Shown here piece after piece: positions 18,048 through 27,740 of a stretch of DNA of 64,000 nt. The translations under genes were made by a program, and so were the position numbers. Source of the DNA: Candidatus Paceibacter sp. (GTDB lineage: Bacteria > Patescibacteriota > Minisyncoccia > UBA6257 > 02-FULL-45-10c). The stretch covers positions 122,664 to 186,663 of the forward strand of contig DYGE01000001.1 of NCBI GenBank assembly GCA_020724845.1. Reading direction: 5' to 3'. The notes under the pieces are model-generated. The model saw only the letters and a list, made by a program, of their open reading frames with translations. It was not told the DNA's origin and did no database searches. Each line of letters starts with the position of its first letter. Positions within the stretch are counted from its first letter, which is position 1.

Positions 18048-19127
18048 TTATTCCCGAACCACTAATCCCTTAGCCGCTTTAATGGTTACTTCCTTAAGCC
18101 CTCTTCTAACCTTGAAAGTCATTTCTTGGCCGACAGGCGCAGCGCGTATTCTTTCTATCGCCTGCCAGGATCCTTCTACCGGCTCACCGTCAATTTCCTC
18201 AATCAAGTCCTTCGGCTCAAAGCCGGCTCTTTCCGCCTCCGAATTCGGGAAAACCTGGATAACCTGTGCCGGAACGTTACCGCACTTAATATCGCTAGGA
18301 CAATTAAAGTGGACGCCTAGTCCCAAAAATCTCCTTCGATGTATAGTATCAATTCTAAATTTATCGCCGCTGATAACCGAGAGCTTCAAGAACGATTCTT
18401 TTTCCAAAGAATATTTTTCAGTGCCGGCGAGCGACTCCCTATCGGCAAATGTTCTTATGAAAACATCGTAGGCTTTTCCCGCATTATCAAATGACACGTC
18501 ACCTTTGTACAAAACCTTGCTCTTAAAAGCCGGCACTAAAGAAAGCAGCAAGTATTTGTATCCCTCGCCGTCCGCAAAAAATCCATGAACCAGCTGATCG
18601 CCCGCCTTAAAACCGGAACGGTCCGCCCAGCTTCCTTCCGTGACCGAACTAACCTTTGCGGAACCGATTTCTACCGGAATTTGGCTAAAAACTAGCTGCT
18701 CCAGCAATTCCTTGCTTGGGAAACTGTATGTTTTGACTTTAAAATCCTTCGGGCTATAGAACGCCAGCCGGGCATCTTCCCGCAAAGAAGCAAGGCGCGC
18801 GGATACGTCGGTTTCTGCCGGAACAACTTTGCCGTTGACTGCCAGCAGAAGGTCTCCGGCGCGAATATTTTCTCGAGAGAGATCTGACATATCATCGCCA
18901 GGCTGTAAATTGCCAAAATCGGCGTACCTGGAAGTTTCTTGAGGGGCTGCCTTCACGGCGGACAGGCGTAAATTAGAATTCTCTAAAACAAGGCCGATCT
19001 GTTTACGCAGGATATTCGCTTTCTGTTCCTGATTCAACGAAACGTGCAGCTGACGCGACTTCACGCGCATGGAGGCGCAGCCGCTGAAAACAACAGTAAG
19101 AGTAACGGCAACCAAGATTCTCTTCAT
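18048..19127 (-). CDS. Putative lipoprotein with PDZ domains
   Basis: The lipobox-like signal VVFSGC and two PDZ-like GD..LL/I motifs. Confidence 0.4.
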   Translation of the reverse strand: MKRILVAVTLTVVFSGCASMRVKSRQLHVSLNQEQKANILRKQIGLVLENSNLRLSAVKAAPQETSRYADFGNLQPGDDMSDLSRENIRAGDLLLAVNGKVVPAETDVSARLASLREDARLAFYSPKDFKVKTYSFPSKELLEQLVFSQIPVEIGSAKVSSVTEGSWADRSGFKAGDQLVHGFFADGEGYKYLLLSLVPAFKSKVLYKGDVSFDNAGKAYDVFIRTFADRESLAGTEKYSLEKESFLKLSVISGDKFRIDTIHRRRFLGLGVHFNCPSDIKCGNVPAQVIQVFPNSEAERAGFEPKDLIEEIDGEPVEGSWQAIERIRAAPVGQEMTFKVRRGLKEVTIKAAKGLVVRE

Positions 19128-19198
19128 TTCCTTTTCTCCTTTTCAAAAGATGGATACTGGCTGTAGGTTAATACAAATTATTCTTTTCGTCAACCCCG

Positions 19199-19327
19199 CA
19201 CCTTTGCGAAATAGAAATCTCCACGGGCTTCGATTTAGATAATCCCAATAGATATGTGGCATATTGACTGCTTCGGGGCTCTTTTCTGTATTTGTACTGA
19301 AAAGCAATCTCGCAAAGGTGCGGGGAA
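19199..19327. repeat. GTCAACCCC-foot hairpin repeat H2
   Basis: gtcaaccccgcacctttgcga ... tcgcaaaggtgcgggg with a loop of about 88 nt. It is an inverted homolog of H3. Confidence 0.6.
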
Positions 19328-19383
19328 ACTTTAAAAACAAAAAAGCCGCGTATTTACGCGGCGCGCCATAAAATCAGGGCTGG

Positions 19384-19541
19384 CTACTTTTTAGGGAGAA
19401 ACGGCAAAAGTAATCTCAAAAGATCCATCAGATCCCCAAAAACCTTTTTAAACCAGGGCTTGATCACCCAATAGAATACGCCCAAAGACAGAACGACACC
19501 CATCCCAAGCCCCACAAGAAGAAGGACCAAAGAAGTGAGCA
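19384..19541 (-). CDS. Possible small membrane protein (52 aa)
   Basis: Hand translation gives MLTSLVLLLVGLGMGVVLSLGVFYWVIKPWFKK.... There is a GAGGAA upstream, and a hairpin-plus-T-run terminator downstream at 19347-19372. It is below the ORF-track cutoff. Confidence 0.3.
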
Positions 19542-19666
19542 TGCTGTTCCTCAATGCGTGGAATGATGTACTGAGTTAAATAATATCCGAAATATCCAGC
19601 GGTGTCAATCTCTTGATTAGCTCCCCAACCCCTTCCCGCATTTTATACCGGAAGGTTCCGCTAATA

Positions 19667-21316
19667 TCACTCAACAGTAATGTTAATCTTGTCAGGATTT
19701 GTTGGCACGGTCTTTACCCAAAATGGCCATAGGGATATCGTCGCGCTTTCCAGGCCGGGCAAGGAAAAGACCGCGGTTTTTAGTTCTGTTTCTGATTTCC
19801 CTAAAATCCTGGACTGTAAATCATCAATATCAATGCGCTTTGCAAGGACCGCCTTGAAATCCACCGGGAAAGACAGGATGCCTTTTCCGAAATCAACCCT
19901 CGCCAGCCCGAACTCAATCTCCGAAGATCGGATGTCAAAATCTTCCCCATTGTCTCTTTTCGCTCTTAAAGCTAGCAGTTCCTGCAAGTCCTCTTCCTTG
20001 AAAGCCACCGCAGTCATTTTTGCTTCCGTAAAAATCCCAAATTCCCCATTCTCATCCGCCTCTTCATCAATTGCCTGCTCTAGCACCTCATACTCTGTTG
20101 CGCCATCAAGTACTTTGAACTCTTGGGGAATTTGAGTTAGCAAAGCGGCTTTTAGCCCACCCTCCAGCTCGTCCCCAGCTTTAGATCTTGCCTGGGCAAT
20201 ATCTTCGGAAGTCGGATAAGCAACTTCTCCAATAAAGCCTCCGGACATGTCGCCAGTAGATTCTCCATAAAAAGACTGATATTTGGGCGTTCCTTTAAAT
20301 CCGGGGATAGTAAATAGTTTCACCGGACCGATGTTAAATTCCGGCCCCGGCTCGTCGGCAATAACTTCCGCGTCAATGTTAGAAGGCACGATCTTACCTT
20401 CAATGATTTTGGCTCCCGGCACGGTTATGCCGTCAGCTAACCTATACATTTTTCCATCCGGACTTATAAAACGGGTTCGCTCAACCAATGGCTGCGGATC
20501 GGAACTGTAGCTGTTGTATACGGTAATTACGCCAGTCGCGTGCCGTTCAACTTGGCGCCTGCCAGTCGCGGGAAACTTGAGATGAAGATTCTTGCTTTCC
20601 GAAAAAATCTGGTTCGGAATACTCATGCTCCCGACATCTAAACCTATGCCGGTGTTGGTGTTGATGGAATCATTATAATTCCAATCCTTGGTCTGTGCCA
20701 CGATAGTAACCGCGGCCCGCGGCAAAACTACGGCTCCCGCCCAGCCGGCCAAAGCCAAAGCGGCGGCAACGATAAATATACTCAACCAGCGAGAGCTTGG
20801 CAAAGATAATTTAGGCATAGAAATTTTCGGCAAAGGCAATCGTCTTCCTTCCGTTGGCTTCTTTTCCTCCCCCTTTGACAGCTTGCCAAAAATAGTGAGC
20901 GGGCTCACCGGAGAGATAAATGGCTTTTCAGCTTCCGCTTCAATCGCCTTCGGCTCCTCCGCTTCTTCAACTTCCTCTTCCTGGAAAACTTTTGCTACCG
21001 GCTTTCTTTTCTTGGCCTTGCCTGCTTTTGGGGCGACTATGTCGGAAAACTGGCGCTTATTCTTAGTAAAGAATGGATTAACTGCTGACAGGCCGCTCAT
21101 TTCAGCTAATTCGATGACATGATCATCAACTGATTCAATAGAAATTTTTTTATCTAAGGCGTCGGCTTCCCGTTTCAAGAGGTGAAAATTACTCAAAGAC
21201 TCTCCTAGATGAGAAAACCTGGGTATGCTTAAAATAACCTCGTTATCAGGAGTATCGATAATTTTCTCAACGATGACCGCTACCTCATCGCTTTTGTTAA
21301 CTGAAATTTTCTTCAT
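19667..21316 (-). CDS. Bitopic membrane protein with a large extracytoplasmic domain; function unknown
   Basis: K/E-rich cytoplasmic N-terminus, one TM helix (WLSIFIVAAALALAGWAGAVV), then a roughly 330 aa outside domain. Confidence 0.4.
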   Translation of the reverse strand: MKKISVNKSDEVAVIVEKIIDTPDNEVILSIPRFSHLGESLSNFHLLKREADALDKKISIESVDDHVIELAEMSGLSAVNPFFTKNKRQFSDIVAPKAGKAKKRKPVAKVFQEEEVEEAEEPKAIEAEAEKPFISPVSPLTIFGKLSKGEEKKPTEGRRLPLPKISMPKLSLPSSRWLSIFIVAAALALAGWAGAVVLPRAAVTIVAQTKDWNYNDSINTNTGIGLDVGSMSIPNQIFSESKNLHLKFPATGRRQVERHATGVITVYNSYSSDPQPLVERTRFISPDGKMYRLADGITVPGAKIIEGKIVPSNIDAEVIADEPGPEFNIGPVKLFTIPGFKGTPKYQSFYGESTGDMSGGFIGEVAYPTSEDIAQARSKAGDELEGGLKAALLTQIPQEFKVLDGATEYEVLEQAIDEEADENGEFGIFTEAKMTAVAFKEEDLQELLALRAKRDNGEDFDIRSSEIEFGLARVDFGKGILSFPVDFKAVLAKRIDIDDLQSRILGKSETELKTAVFSLPGLESATISLWPFWVKTVPTNPDKINITVE

Positions 21317-21338
21317 TCTGTTAAAGATAGAAATCGTT

Positions 21339-22604
21339 TTATGTTACTAACCACCTCACTCTCCTGTTAGCCAAATGGCTCATCTTATCATTCTGCGGCA
21401 GGAAATTTATCTCGAAAAAAGCCGACAGCAAGGAGAACAGATTCCTTACCCTGACCGTTTTTTTCAATTGTACATCATATCCCAGCTTTTCAGTAATAAG
21501 ATTTGTGGATAAAGGAACTAGTTTCAATGATTTCTCAAAGCGGCTCTGAAATCTCCCGGAAAATACGATCGGGGGCATGGTAAAAAAGGAATTTACATAC
21601 ACCAAAGACACGCCGTCATTCGCGAGCGTCTCCAACCCGTTGGCGAATAATTGCAATTCCTTCACTAGGATATTTTCAAACCTTCTAAGAAATACCTGGG
21701 AAGCGTTATCCTCGGCATAATTTTGGATTATCTGCCTGGCGACCGGCGGATCAACTCGAAAATATCTGGCCAGCAAGTGGACTAAATCATTCTCCCCCCA
21801 GCCAAAATTGTCTAAATGAGCCAAGCGGCCATTTAAAGCGGAAAAAACAGAGGTTTGGTTTGGGAAAAGATTCGCCACTAAGAATTGGTTTTCCTCGAGA
21901 ACACGATTCAGCACATGGCTCATTGCCGTGCCCGATTCGGTTATAAGCGCTATATTGTCTTTCGGCAAAAGATCGCGTATTCCGCGCATCAACTCCCTAA
22001 TAATGAAAGTCTGGCTGAAAAATATTTCCACGGATTTCGCTTTGAAGCCGATTGGATTGACGATCTTGTGGCCGTCCAGCTTGATGCCGCGGATCCGGAC
22101 ATCGCTTAGCAGAACATCCACGTCATCAATATTCATTTTTCTGGCGACTCTCAATCGCTTGCGGTCAAAAAATCTCCAAATGGCCTGGGAAATCAAATTA
22201 TCAATATCCGCCTCATCAATAGTCTCTTTGCGATTCGGACGGACTAAAGAAACCGATGAATGGATCGTGGTGGCAAAGTCAGAATCTAGACTTAAAATAA
22301 TCTTATACCTCTCCAGCTTGCGGACTTTTTTCAGGCCCGCCTCCAGCTCGCGCAAAATTCCGGAGATGTTGAAATCCGCTACAGGAAGGATCCAATTTTT
22401 TTTGATATAAATTTTCCTGCGCTCCAAGCTAGCCTTTAAAACAGTTATTTGCACGTAATGATTCAGGACTTCTATGAGAAGGTAATTATCTCCGTATAAA
22501 AAGTGCAGAAGATGCTCCCTAGTCCGATTAAAACCCTTCTTCAAAGAAGAAAGAATGAGCGGAGTATTCTCCCTAATCGGATTTATGTAATTTAAGTCCA
22601 ACAC
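21339..22604 (-). CDS. Hypothetical protein, possibly a degenerate actin-fold FtsA/PilM-like protein
   Basis: Only weak resemblance to actin-like phosphate motifs (ILSLDSDFATT, LITESGTAMS). The call is speculative. Confidence 0.3.
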   Translation of the reverse strand: MLDLNYINPIRENTPLILSSLKKGFNRTREHLLHFLYGDNYLLIEVLNHYVQITVLKASLERRKIYIKKNWILPVADFNISGILRELEAGLKKVRKLERYKIILSLDSDFATTIHSSVSLVRPNRKETIDEADIDNLISQAIWRFFDRKRLRVARKMNIDDVDVLLSDVRIRGIKLDGHKIVNPIGFKAKSVEIFFSQTFIIRELMRGIRDLLPKDNIALITESGTAMSHVLNRVLEENQFLVANLFPNQTSVFSALNGRLAHLDNFGWGENDLVHLLARYFRVDPPVARQIIQNYAEDNASQVFLRRFENILVKELQLFANGLETLANDGVSLVYVNSFFTMPPIVFSGRFQSRFEKSLKLVPLSTNLITEKLGYDVQLKKTVRVRNLFSLLSAFFEINFLPQNDKMSHLANRRVRWLVT

Positions 22605-22649
22605 CCTTAATTATACCATAAAAACAAAATCGGCTCGCCTTGAGCCGAT

Positions 22650-23297
22650 TCAAACCTTGCGAGCCAGTATGGCGCGCGATAATTCGTCAAATTTAACGTC
22701 CGAGTTAGCTATTTGATACATAATCCCCTTGGTAGCATGCCAAAGCCCGAACAAATGCCCTTGTTCGTGGGCGGTAACCAAGGCCAGCTTCAAGCGATAA
22801 TCCAGGCGGCTAAAATCAGTTACTGGTAGCGCGTACCCGTTAATGGATTGCGCGTCATCGGTCCCCACAACCATCACTCCGTTGCCAGCGGCTTTACCCT
22901 TATGTATAGGCGCAAAGCCATTACCGGTGAGCATCAGGCCGCTCAAAAACAGACTGACGTTTGTCCTATCCTCGCCGCGAAGCAAGATCGCTTCTTCAAA
23001 CAAAATTAAATCCAGCTCCTTTTTGCAGACTTGATAGAAAAAAGATACTTTCGCGAGCGTTCTCAAGAAAAAAATCCACGCTTCCGCAAGGAAATCCCTT
23101 TTCCAATGCTTAACCTTGACGCGGTCAAGATCATATCTTAGCATCAGCCCGTTCTCAACTTGATATATGCGCATCACCTCTTCCAAAATATCTTTTGGAG
23201 TAACCTTGTGAGCATACAAATCTTCTCCCGCTTTCGCGTCCACATAAACAGTAACTGTCCTAAGCAGCCCCAAAGGACTGTAGTCGCTATCAGGCAA
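22650..23297 (-). CDS. Metzincin-type zinc metallopeptidase (archaemetzincin/M54-like)
   Basis: The extended zinc-binding motif HEQGHLFGLWH (HExxHxxGxxH) lies near the C-terminus of the 215 aa protein. Confidence 0.5.
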   Translation of the reverse strand: MPDSDYSPLGLLRTVTVYVDAKAGEDLYAHKVTPKDILEEVMRIYQVENGLMLRYDLDRVKVKHWKRDFLAEAWIFFLRTLAKVSFFYQVCKKELDLILFEEAILLRGEDRTNVSLFLSGLMLTGNGFAPIHKGKAAGNGVMVVGTDDAQSINGYALPVTDFSRLDYRLKLALVTAHEQGHLFGLWHATKGIMYQIANSDVKFDELSRAILARKV

Positions 23298-23364
23298 CTA
23301 TCCCCCGTATTTAGCTATAAAGAATCGTTATCTGTAAAATAACTCAATATCCAGAGCGAGTCAA

Positions 23365-23398
23365 AAGAAAAATAGTAAAAGCTCCGATTACTCGGAGC
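23365..23398 (-). terminator. Intrinsic terminator after the TelA-like gene
   Basis: Hairpin gctccgagtaatcggagc followed by a T-run on the minus strand. Confidence 0.55.
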
Positions 23399-23408
23399 TT
23401 GTGTAAAG

Positions 23409-24485
23409 TTAAGAATCCTGCCCGCCGTCCACGACCTCGGCGTCCACGACATTCGTCTTGTCCACCTTTTCGTTTTTCGGCTTCACCTCTTCCACTATCA
23501 CTTCGCCTTCTTCCCGGTCTCCATCTCCATCCTGATCGGCGCCACCCTTGTCCTTGTTGGGGCCGGTCAGCTGCTTCATGTTATCCTTACGCTTCTGCTT
23601 GAACTCCAGCAGTTCCTTATCCAGCGTCTTTCTGCCCTGGTCCAGCAGCTGGAGCATTGCCCCGGAGGTGATGGAATACTTATCCACCAACTGCGCCGCC
23701 TTAACCGAATGGTTGATCGCCTCGAGAGAAGCAATGAACACTTCGCTCAAAACACCCCTAGCGGCGAACATGGCTTGGCTCGTCTTAGTGAGCTCGCGCG
23801 CGGTATCCCGCAAAGCGCTCATCTCGCGCTGCGCCTGGGTGAAGTCATGATATTGCTTCATGCCTTGCCGGAAAACAGTGAGGCCGGCAATCGCCGAACG
23901 CCTCAACGTTTCCAGAAGCGCGTTGCCAATCACGATATTGCCTTTAAGGTTGTTGAGGATATCCTGCTTCTGCTCTTCTCTTTCCTCTTCTGTCAGCGCT
24001 TCAAACTCCTCGTCAAGCAGCTGCACCACCTCATCAAAGATCTCAATTCCAGCTTTCTCCGCCATGTAATTCTGAAGCTCTTGAGCGCTCCAATTTTCCT
24101 TTTCAGCGCGCTTGATGTCCTCTTCCAATTGCTGAAGCTCTTCTTTCTTTTTGATCGTAACCTGCGCGATAGTACGCAACGCTTCCTGGGTATTGTTCAG
24201 ATTCCCTTCCATCTGAGACTCCATCATGTTCATGACATCCGTCTCTTCCATAATGTAACGAGAAACCCGAGCCGGGAGTGCGGGCATCCAACTCTTAGGA
24301 GTAACTTTGGCTAGGGCTTTTGCAAGGATACCCCTGCCGTTACCACCATCCAAATTCAGCGCCTCTTTGATATCATCATTGATGCCCTGAAGGTTAGTAC
24401 CGCTCTCTTGCAACTTCTTGACAGCGGACCGCAAATCCGCATCCGACTGGATCTTCTTCAGCTCCTTCTTTTGGTTCTCGGACAT
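23409..24485 (-). CDS. Coiled-coil stress-type protein, TelA/PspA-like (toxic anion resistance family?)
   Basis: About 360 aa, strongly helical with heptad repeats, and a strong AGGAGG RBS before the MSENQKK start. The gene has about 57% GC against roughly 45% in its surroundings. The family assignment is tentative. Confidence 0.4.
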   Translation of the reverse strand: MSENQKKELKKIQSDADLRSAVKKLQESGTNLQGINDDIKEALNLDGGNGRGILAKALAKVTPKSWMPALPARVSRYIMEETDVMNMMESQMEGNLNNTQEALRTIAQVTIKKKEELQQLEEDIKRAEKENWSAQELQNYMAEKAGIEIFDEVVQLLDEEFEALTEEEREEQKQDILNNLKGNIVIGNALLETLRRSAIAGLTVFRQGMKQYHDFTQAQREMSALRDTARELTKTSQAMFAARGVLSEVFIASLEAINHSVKAAQLVDKYSITSGAMLQLLDQGRKTLDKELLEFKQKRKDNMKQLTGPNKDKGGADQDGDGDREEGEVIVEEVKPKNEKVDKTNVVDAEVVDGGQDS

Positions 24486-24583
24486 CGTGCCTTCCTCCTT
24501 CTTCCTTTTACAGATTTTAACTTCTTGATGCTGGTCATATATTAGCATATTACTTAAAAGGCGTCAAGGACATTCAGGCCCAA

Positions 24584-24609
24584 AGAAAAACCACCCTGTG
24601 TCAGGGTGG
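24584..24609 (-). terminator. Intrinsic terminator
   Basis: Hairpin ccaccctgacacagggtgg followed by a T-run on the minus strand. Confidence 0.55.
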
Positions 24610-24620
24610 CCCGATAAGAG

Positions 24621-24869
24621 TTATCGGAAGAAAGTGTTGCCGTTCCGCACCGCATACCAGATGTAAGCGAGTACGAGAACAACCGCTAAAGGAAGGGCAA
24701 ACGAGGAGAATAAGCCAATCACCAGAGCCAGCGCCCAGAATACTCCGTAAGCGCTGACTAAGAAGAGAATGGCCCGCATCAGCAAGCCGCCGGAGGATCC
24801 CTTCAGCAGGTACTTGAGAAGCGCCAAAACGAGCGGATTCAGTAAGAGCTTACGCAGGATCGGAGGCAT
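24621..24869 (-). CDS. Small two-TM membrane protein (82 aa)
   Basis: Two hydrophobic helices. It lies in the GC-rich cassette and overlaps the upstream ORF by 20 nt. Confidence 0.4.
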   Translation of the reverse strand: MPPILRKLLLNPLVLALLKYLLKGSSGGLLMRAILFLVSAYGVFWALALVIGLFSSFALPLAVVLVLAYIWYAVRNGNTFFR

Positions 24870-25200
24870 TGCCCTCCGCGCCTCCTTTGTCGATCTTGGT
24901 CTCCTCAGCGGTCGTCTCGATCACCTGATCCGTCTGACCGACCTCTTTGACGTAGCCCTCCAAAGCCGCCCTGGCGCCGGCGACAACCGACTCCACGGCT
25001 TCGCTGTGGGTCTGGCCCACCTTGCGAAGCGGCTCGTAACGCCCGTAGAGCAGGCGCTTCAGCTGAAGGTTCGGATCCACCGAACGCTTCGCCGTCTCCA
25101 CCACTTCGGCGCCGGCTCGCTTCGCGAGACCGAGTATGTCCTGTCCGACTTTCAGCGCCGCCTGTCCGAGCGATTCCTTCCCGGGTCTTCCTCCCGTCAT
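24850..25200 (-). CDS. Small soluble Ala/Gly/Val-rich hypothetical protein (116 aa)
   Basis: GC-rich coding region; the AAAGGAGAGG RBS sits 7 nt upstream of the ATG. Confidence 0.4.
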   Translation of the reverse strand: MTGGRPGKESLGQAALKVGQDILGLAKRAGAEVVETAKRSVDPNLQLKRLLYGRYEPLRKVGQTHSEAVESVVAGARAALEGYVKEVGQTDQVIETTAEETKIDKGGAEGNASDPA

Positions 25201-25262
25201 ATTCTCACCTCTCCTTTGCAGTTTCCACTAGCTGTCAAACTATGCTGCTTTGCATATACTAA

Positions 25263-25298
25263 CAAAAAAGCCATCTCCCGTCAAGAGCGAGAGATGGC
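25263..25298 (-). terminator. Intrinsic terminator
   Basis: Hairpin gccatctctcgctcttgacgggagatggc followed by TTTTTT on the minus strand. Confidence 0.55.
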
Positions 25299-25314
25299 TC
25301 GGTAATTTCCAGCG

Positions 25315-26130
25315 CTACCAACGCTTCCAATCAAAGACAGCCGCGGTTACTAAACTCTGAAGCTTCTCAAGTTCAAAATACTTGGTGCTCTCCTGAAAAA
25401 CTTGCTCAACCTCAACAGCGTTCCCGATCTTCAGCGCGCACTCGGCTGTTAAAACTATGACGCCATCATCAAGCAGACGACTCTCCCTTTTAACCTCAAA
25501 ATGGTGCTCCAGGAATTTCCTATCGCCTGATCGAATGGCGACCAATTGCTTGATGCGCAGCCGATCTTTTTCGTCAACTTTCAAAATAGTCTGCAGCATA
25601 ATCTTATAAGATACCGTACGGCTTTTAAAAGCGCCTAAAAATCCTCCTTCCCCGCAGCTGCAGGATATGGTCTCCTCCGATAAAACCGCCCACTCGGTGA
25701 AAGAATTAAGAAGAGCAGCCAACGTAGGATTGCTCACCCTTTTACCGGCGCTAATTTCTCTTGGCGCGGCTGGATTTTTCCAATCAAGATAACTCGCTAT
25801 ATCCGCTACCACAGATCCAGGCGAAGGCAGCTTAGTGGCCTTATCCCAGGCAATCTTACGATTAATTAAGTCGTCATTCAGATACCTAATCGTTTCTGCC
25901 TGCGCCTTGAGCGCTGCATAAAACATCACCAGAAGATAAGAAGTGCTTGCGTTCTCTTTGCAAAACCTCTTGATCTTCCCGCAAATCCGCTGCAGCCTCC
26001 GGATTGACTTATGGTAGTCAACGAAATCCCGGGGCAGATCTTTTTGAGCGAGCTTAACCTGATCTGGCGCCGCTTGGCCGTTTGTCGATTTCGGTATTCT
26101 CCCCTCTATATCTCCACCATAGTATACCAT
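25315..26130 (-). CDS. Hypothetical protein
   Basis: A 271 aa ORF containing a CSCGEGG cysteine cluster; no family assigned. Confidence 0.35.
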   Translation of the reverse strand: MVYYGGDIEGRIPKSTNGQAAPDQVKLAQKDLPRDFVDYHKSIRRLQRICGKIKRFCKENASTSYLLVMFYAALKAQAETIRYLNDDLINRKIAWDKATKLPSPGSVVADIASYLDWKNPAAPREISAGKRVSNPTLAALLNSFTEWAVLSEETISCSCGEGGFLGAFKSRTVSYKIMLQTILKVDEKDRLRIKQLVAIRSGDRKFLEHHFEVKRESRLLDDGVIVLTAECALKIGNAVEVEQVFQESTKYFELEKLQSLVTAAVFDWKRW

Positions 26131-26132
26131 TC

Positions 26133-26738
26133 TTAACCCTCCGGATCCGATTCAGATTCAACAATCTTCTTTGGTTTGCGCGCGGTAAGTTCATGGCGCA
26201 GCTCCTTAAAAGGAAAAAACTCCTGGCCATCAAGCGAATGCGATTTTAGCAGTTCATGGCATCGGAAATACACGAGACTGTCAGCTTGGTAAATAATCGC
26301 AGTCAAAACAACTGTTGCGATGAATGTTCCCATGCCACCGAAAAACCAGAAGGCGGCATCTCCTAGAAAGAAGCCCATTTTCAGATACAAGGATACCAGA
26401 GAAATACTGACCAAGGGGTATGAAATCCTTTGAAGGATCGCCCAGGGCTTCGCTTTTTCAGCGAGAAAATCAGCTAATTCTCTCAACTGGCCCTCGTTGA
26501 AAGCCCGTAAATTCTTTCTGCGCACCCCCTCAAAGTGGCGCGCCGTTTCAATGAAAGCTTTCACGAATTTTTCCTTACGCTCGCGCAATTCTCCGCTCAT
26601 AACCTTTATTGCGGCTATCCTCCGCGTCCGTTCGTTGCCCTCTCTCACGCTTCGCAAAGTCTCCAACAACTGCTCGCGCTCCCTCTGCTTGACCAGATTG
26701 GCTTCCGGCCTTTGGACCATAGCTTGCTCGCCTGGCAT
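26133..26738 (-). CDS. Membrane protein with a cytoplasmic helical N-domain and a C-terminal TM bundle
   Basis: The 201 aa architecture is shared with the ORF at 27003-27659 and may be paralogous. Confidence 0.4.
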   Translation of the reverse strand: MPGEQAMVQRPEANLVKQREREQLLETLRSVREGNERTRRIAAIKVMSGELRERKEKFVKAFIETARHFEGVRRKNLRAFNEGQLRELADFLAEKAKPWAILQRISYPLVSISLVSLYLKMGFFLGDAAFWFFGGMGTFIATVVLTAIIYQADSLVYFRCHELLKSHSLDGQEFFPFKELRHELTARKPKKIVESESDPEG

Positions 26739-26797
26739 ACTTCCTCCTTTTCACTTCTCAAGAAGATTACCTGACTGTTTCATATTATATAATAATA

Positions 26798-26950
26798 ATT
26801 GTAAAAGGTCAACCCCGCACCTTTCAAGGATTGCTTTTCAGAATAGACGCTGAAAAGAGGATAACGATTTATCTATAACAATCTTTAACTAAAATACCTT
26901 ACTGAATTCACGTATGGGTGAATTCTTATCCTTGAAAGGCGCGGGTCAAT
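26798..26950. repeat. GTCAACCCC-foot hairpin repeat H3
   Basis: gtcaaccccgcacctttcaaggat ... atccttgaaaggcgcgggtcaat with a loop of about 105 nt. Confidence 0.6.
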
Positions 26951-27002
26951 AAAAAAGCCTCAAGGATTGTTATCCTTGAGGCGGCTGAAACAAAAGCGGT
27001 TA

Positions 27003-27659
27003 TTACTTCTTCGCTTCCTGACGATTCTGGTTCCACCCAAGACAAGCGGCAAATTTTTCCACTGGAAAGTAATTCTGCCCGTAATGCCTTTTCAGCAAAG
27101 AACGGAAATAAAAGAACCTTAGGCCAGTGATAACCGAATTCTTGCTGTAAAAGACGATTCTACCCGCGGATTTCAACAGGCCTCCGACAAATGAAAGAAG
27201 CTGTCCTTGTAGAATTTTTCTGCCCAAAACCAGGGGAAAAACAACCGCTATCACTAAAGATATCAATAACAAAGGAAGTAAGACCGGAGCTAAAATCAGA
27301 GAACCGATTCCTAAGATCGGAACATAAAGCCCCGTCTTCATAATAAACCACACAACCAGGAAGCCGGCGCCAAGTTCGAGCGGCGCCCAAACGGCCATGC
27401 TCCTCATTACCTTTCTGGCGAGCAGATTGGCTGTTTCTGACAGCTGTTCCTGATTAAATCCGGTTAAGTCGGTTATATGGCCAATGACTTTATGGGCTCT
27501 GGCCAGCTTAAGAAAATCTGCCATAAACTGATCCCTGGCCCCCGATAACTTCAGCTGCAACTCTCTCTGCTGTCTCTCGGAAGATTTGCTAGCCAGCTTA
27601 GAAATGGTTGCCTCGCGCGGAGTGGACTTGATCAGCTTGAATGATCGCTCTTCGTCCAT
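27003..27659 (-). CDS. Membrane protein with a cytoplasmic helical N-domain and a TM bundle
   Basis: A 218 aa ORF. The terminator hairpin gcctcaaggataacaatccttgaggc sits downstream at 26946-26975. Confidence 0.4.
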   Translation of the reverse strand: MDEERSFKLIKSTPREATISKLASKSSERQQRELQLKLSGARDQFMADFLKLARAHKVIGHITDLTGFNQEQLSETANLLARKVMRSMAVWAPLELGAGFLVVWFIMKTGLYVPILGIGSLILAPVLLPLLLISLVIAVVFPLVLGRKILQGQLLSFVGGLLKSAGRIVFYSKNSVITGLRFFYFRSLLKRHYGQNYFPVEKFAACLGWNQNRQEAKK

Positions 27660-27740
27660 CTTTTCCCTCCATATTCGGATTTTCCTGTACCGAGATACAT
27701 GATAACATATTTTTCTAAAAAAGCAAAATTTAAAAACGCC

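Noticed and set aside
20688-21122. A 144 aa plus-strand ORF and other antisense ORFs (19680-20135, 20283-20510) inside the 549 aa minus-strand gene
   Set aside because: They are nested antisense to a long, well-supported minus-strand ORF and have low-complexity Ala/Ser-rich composition.
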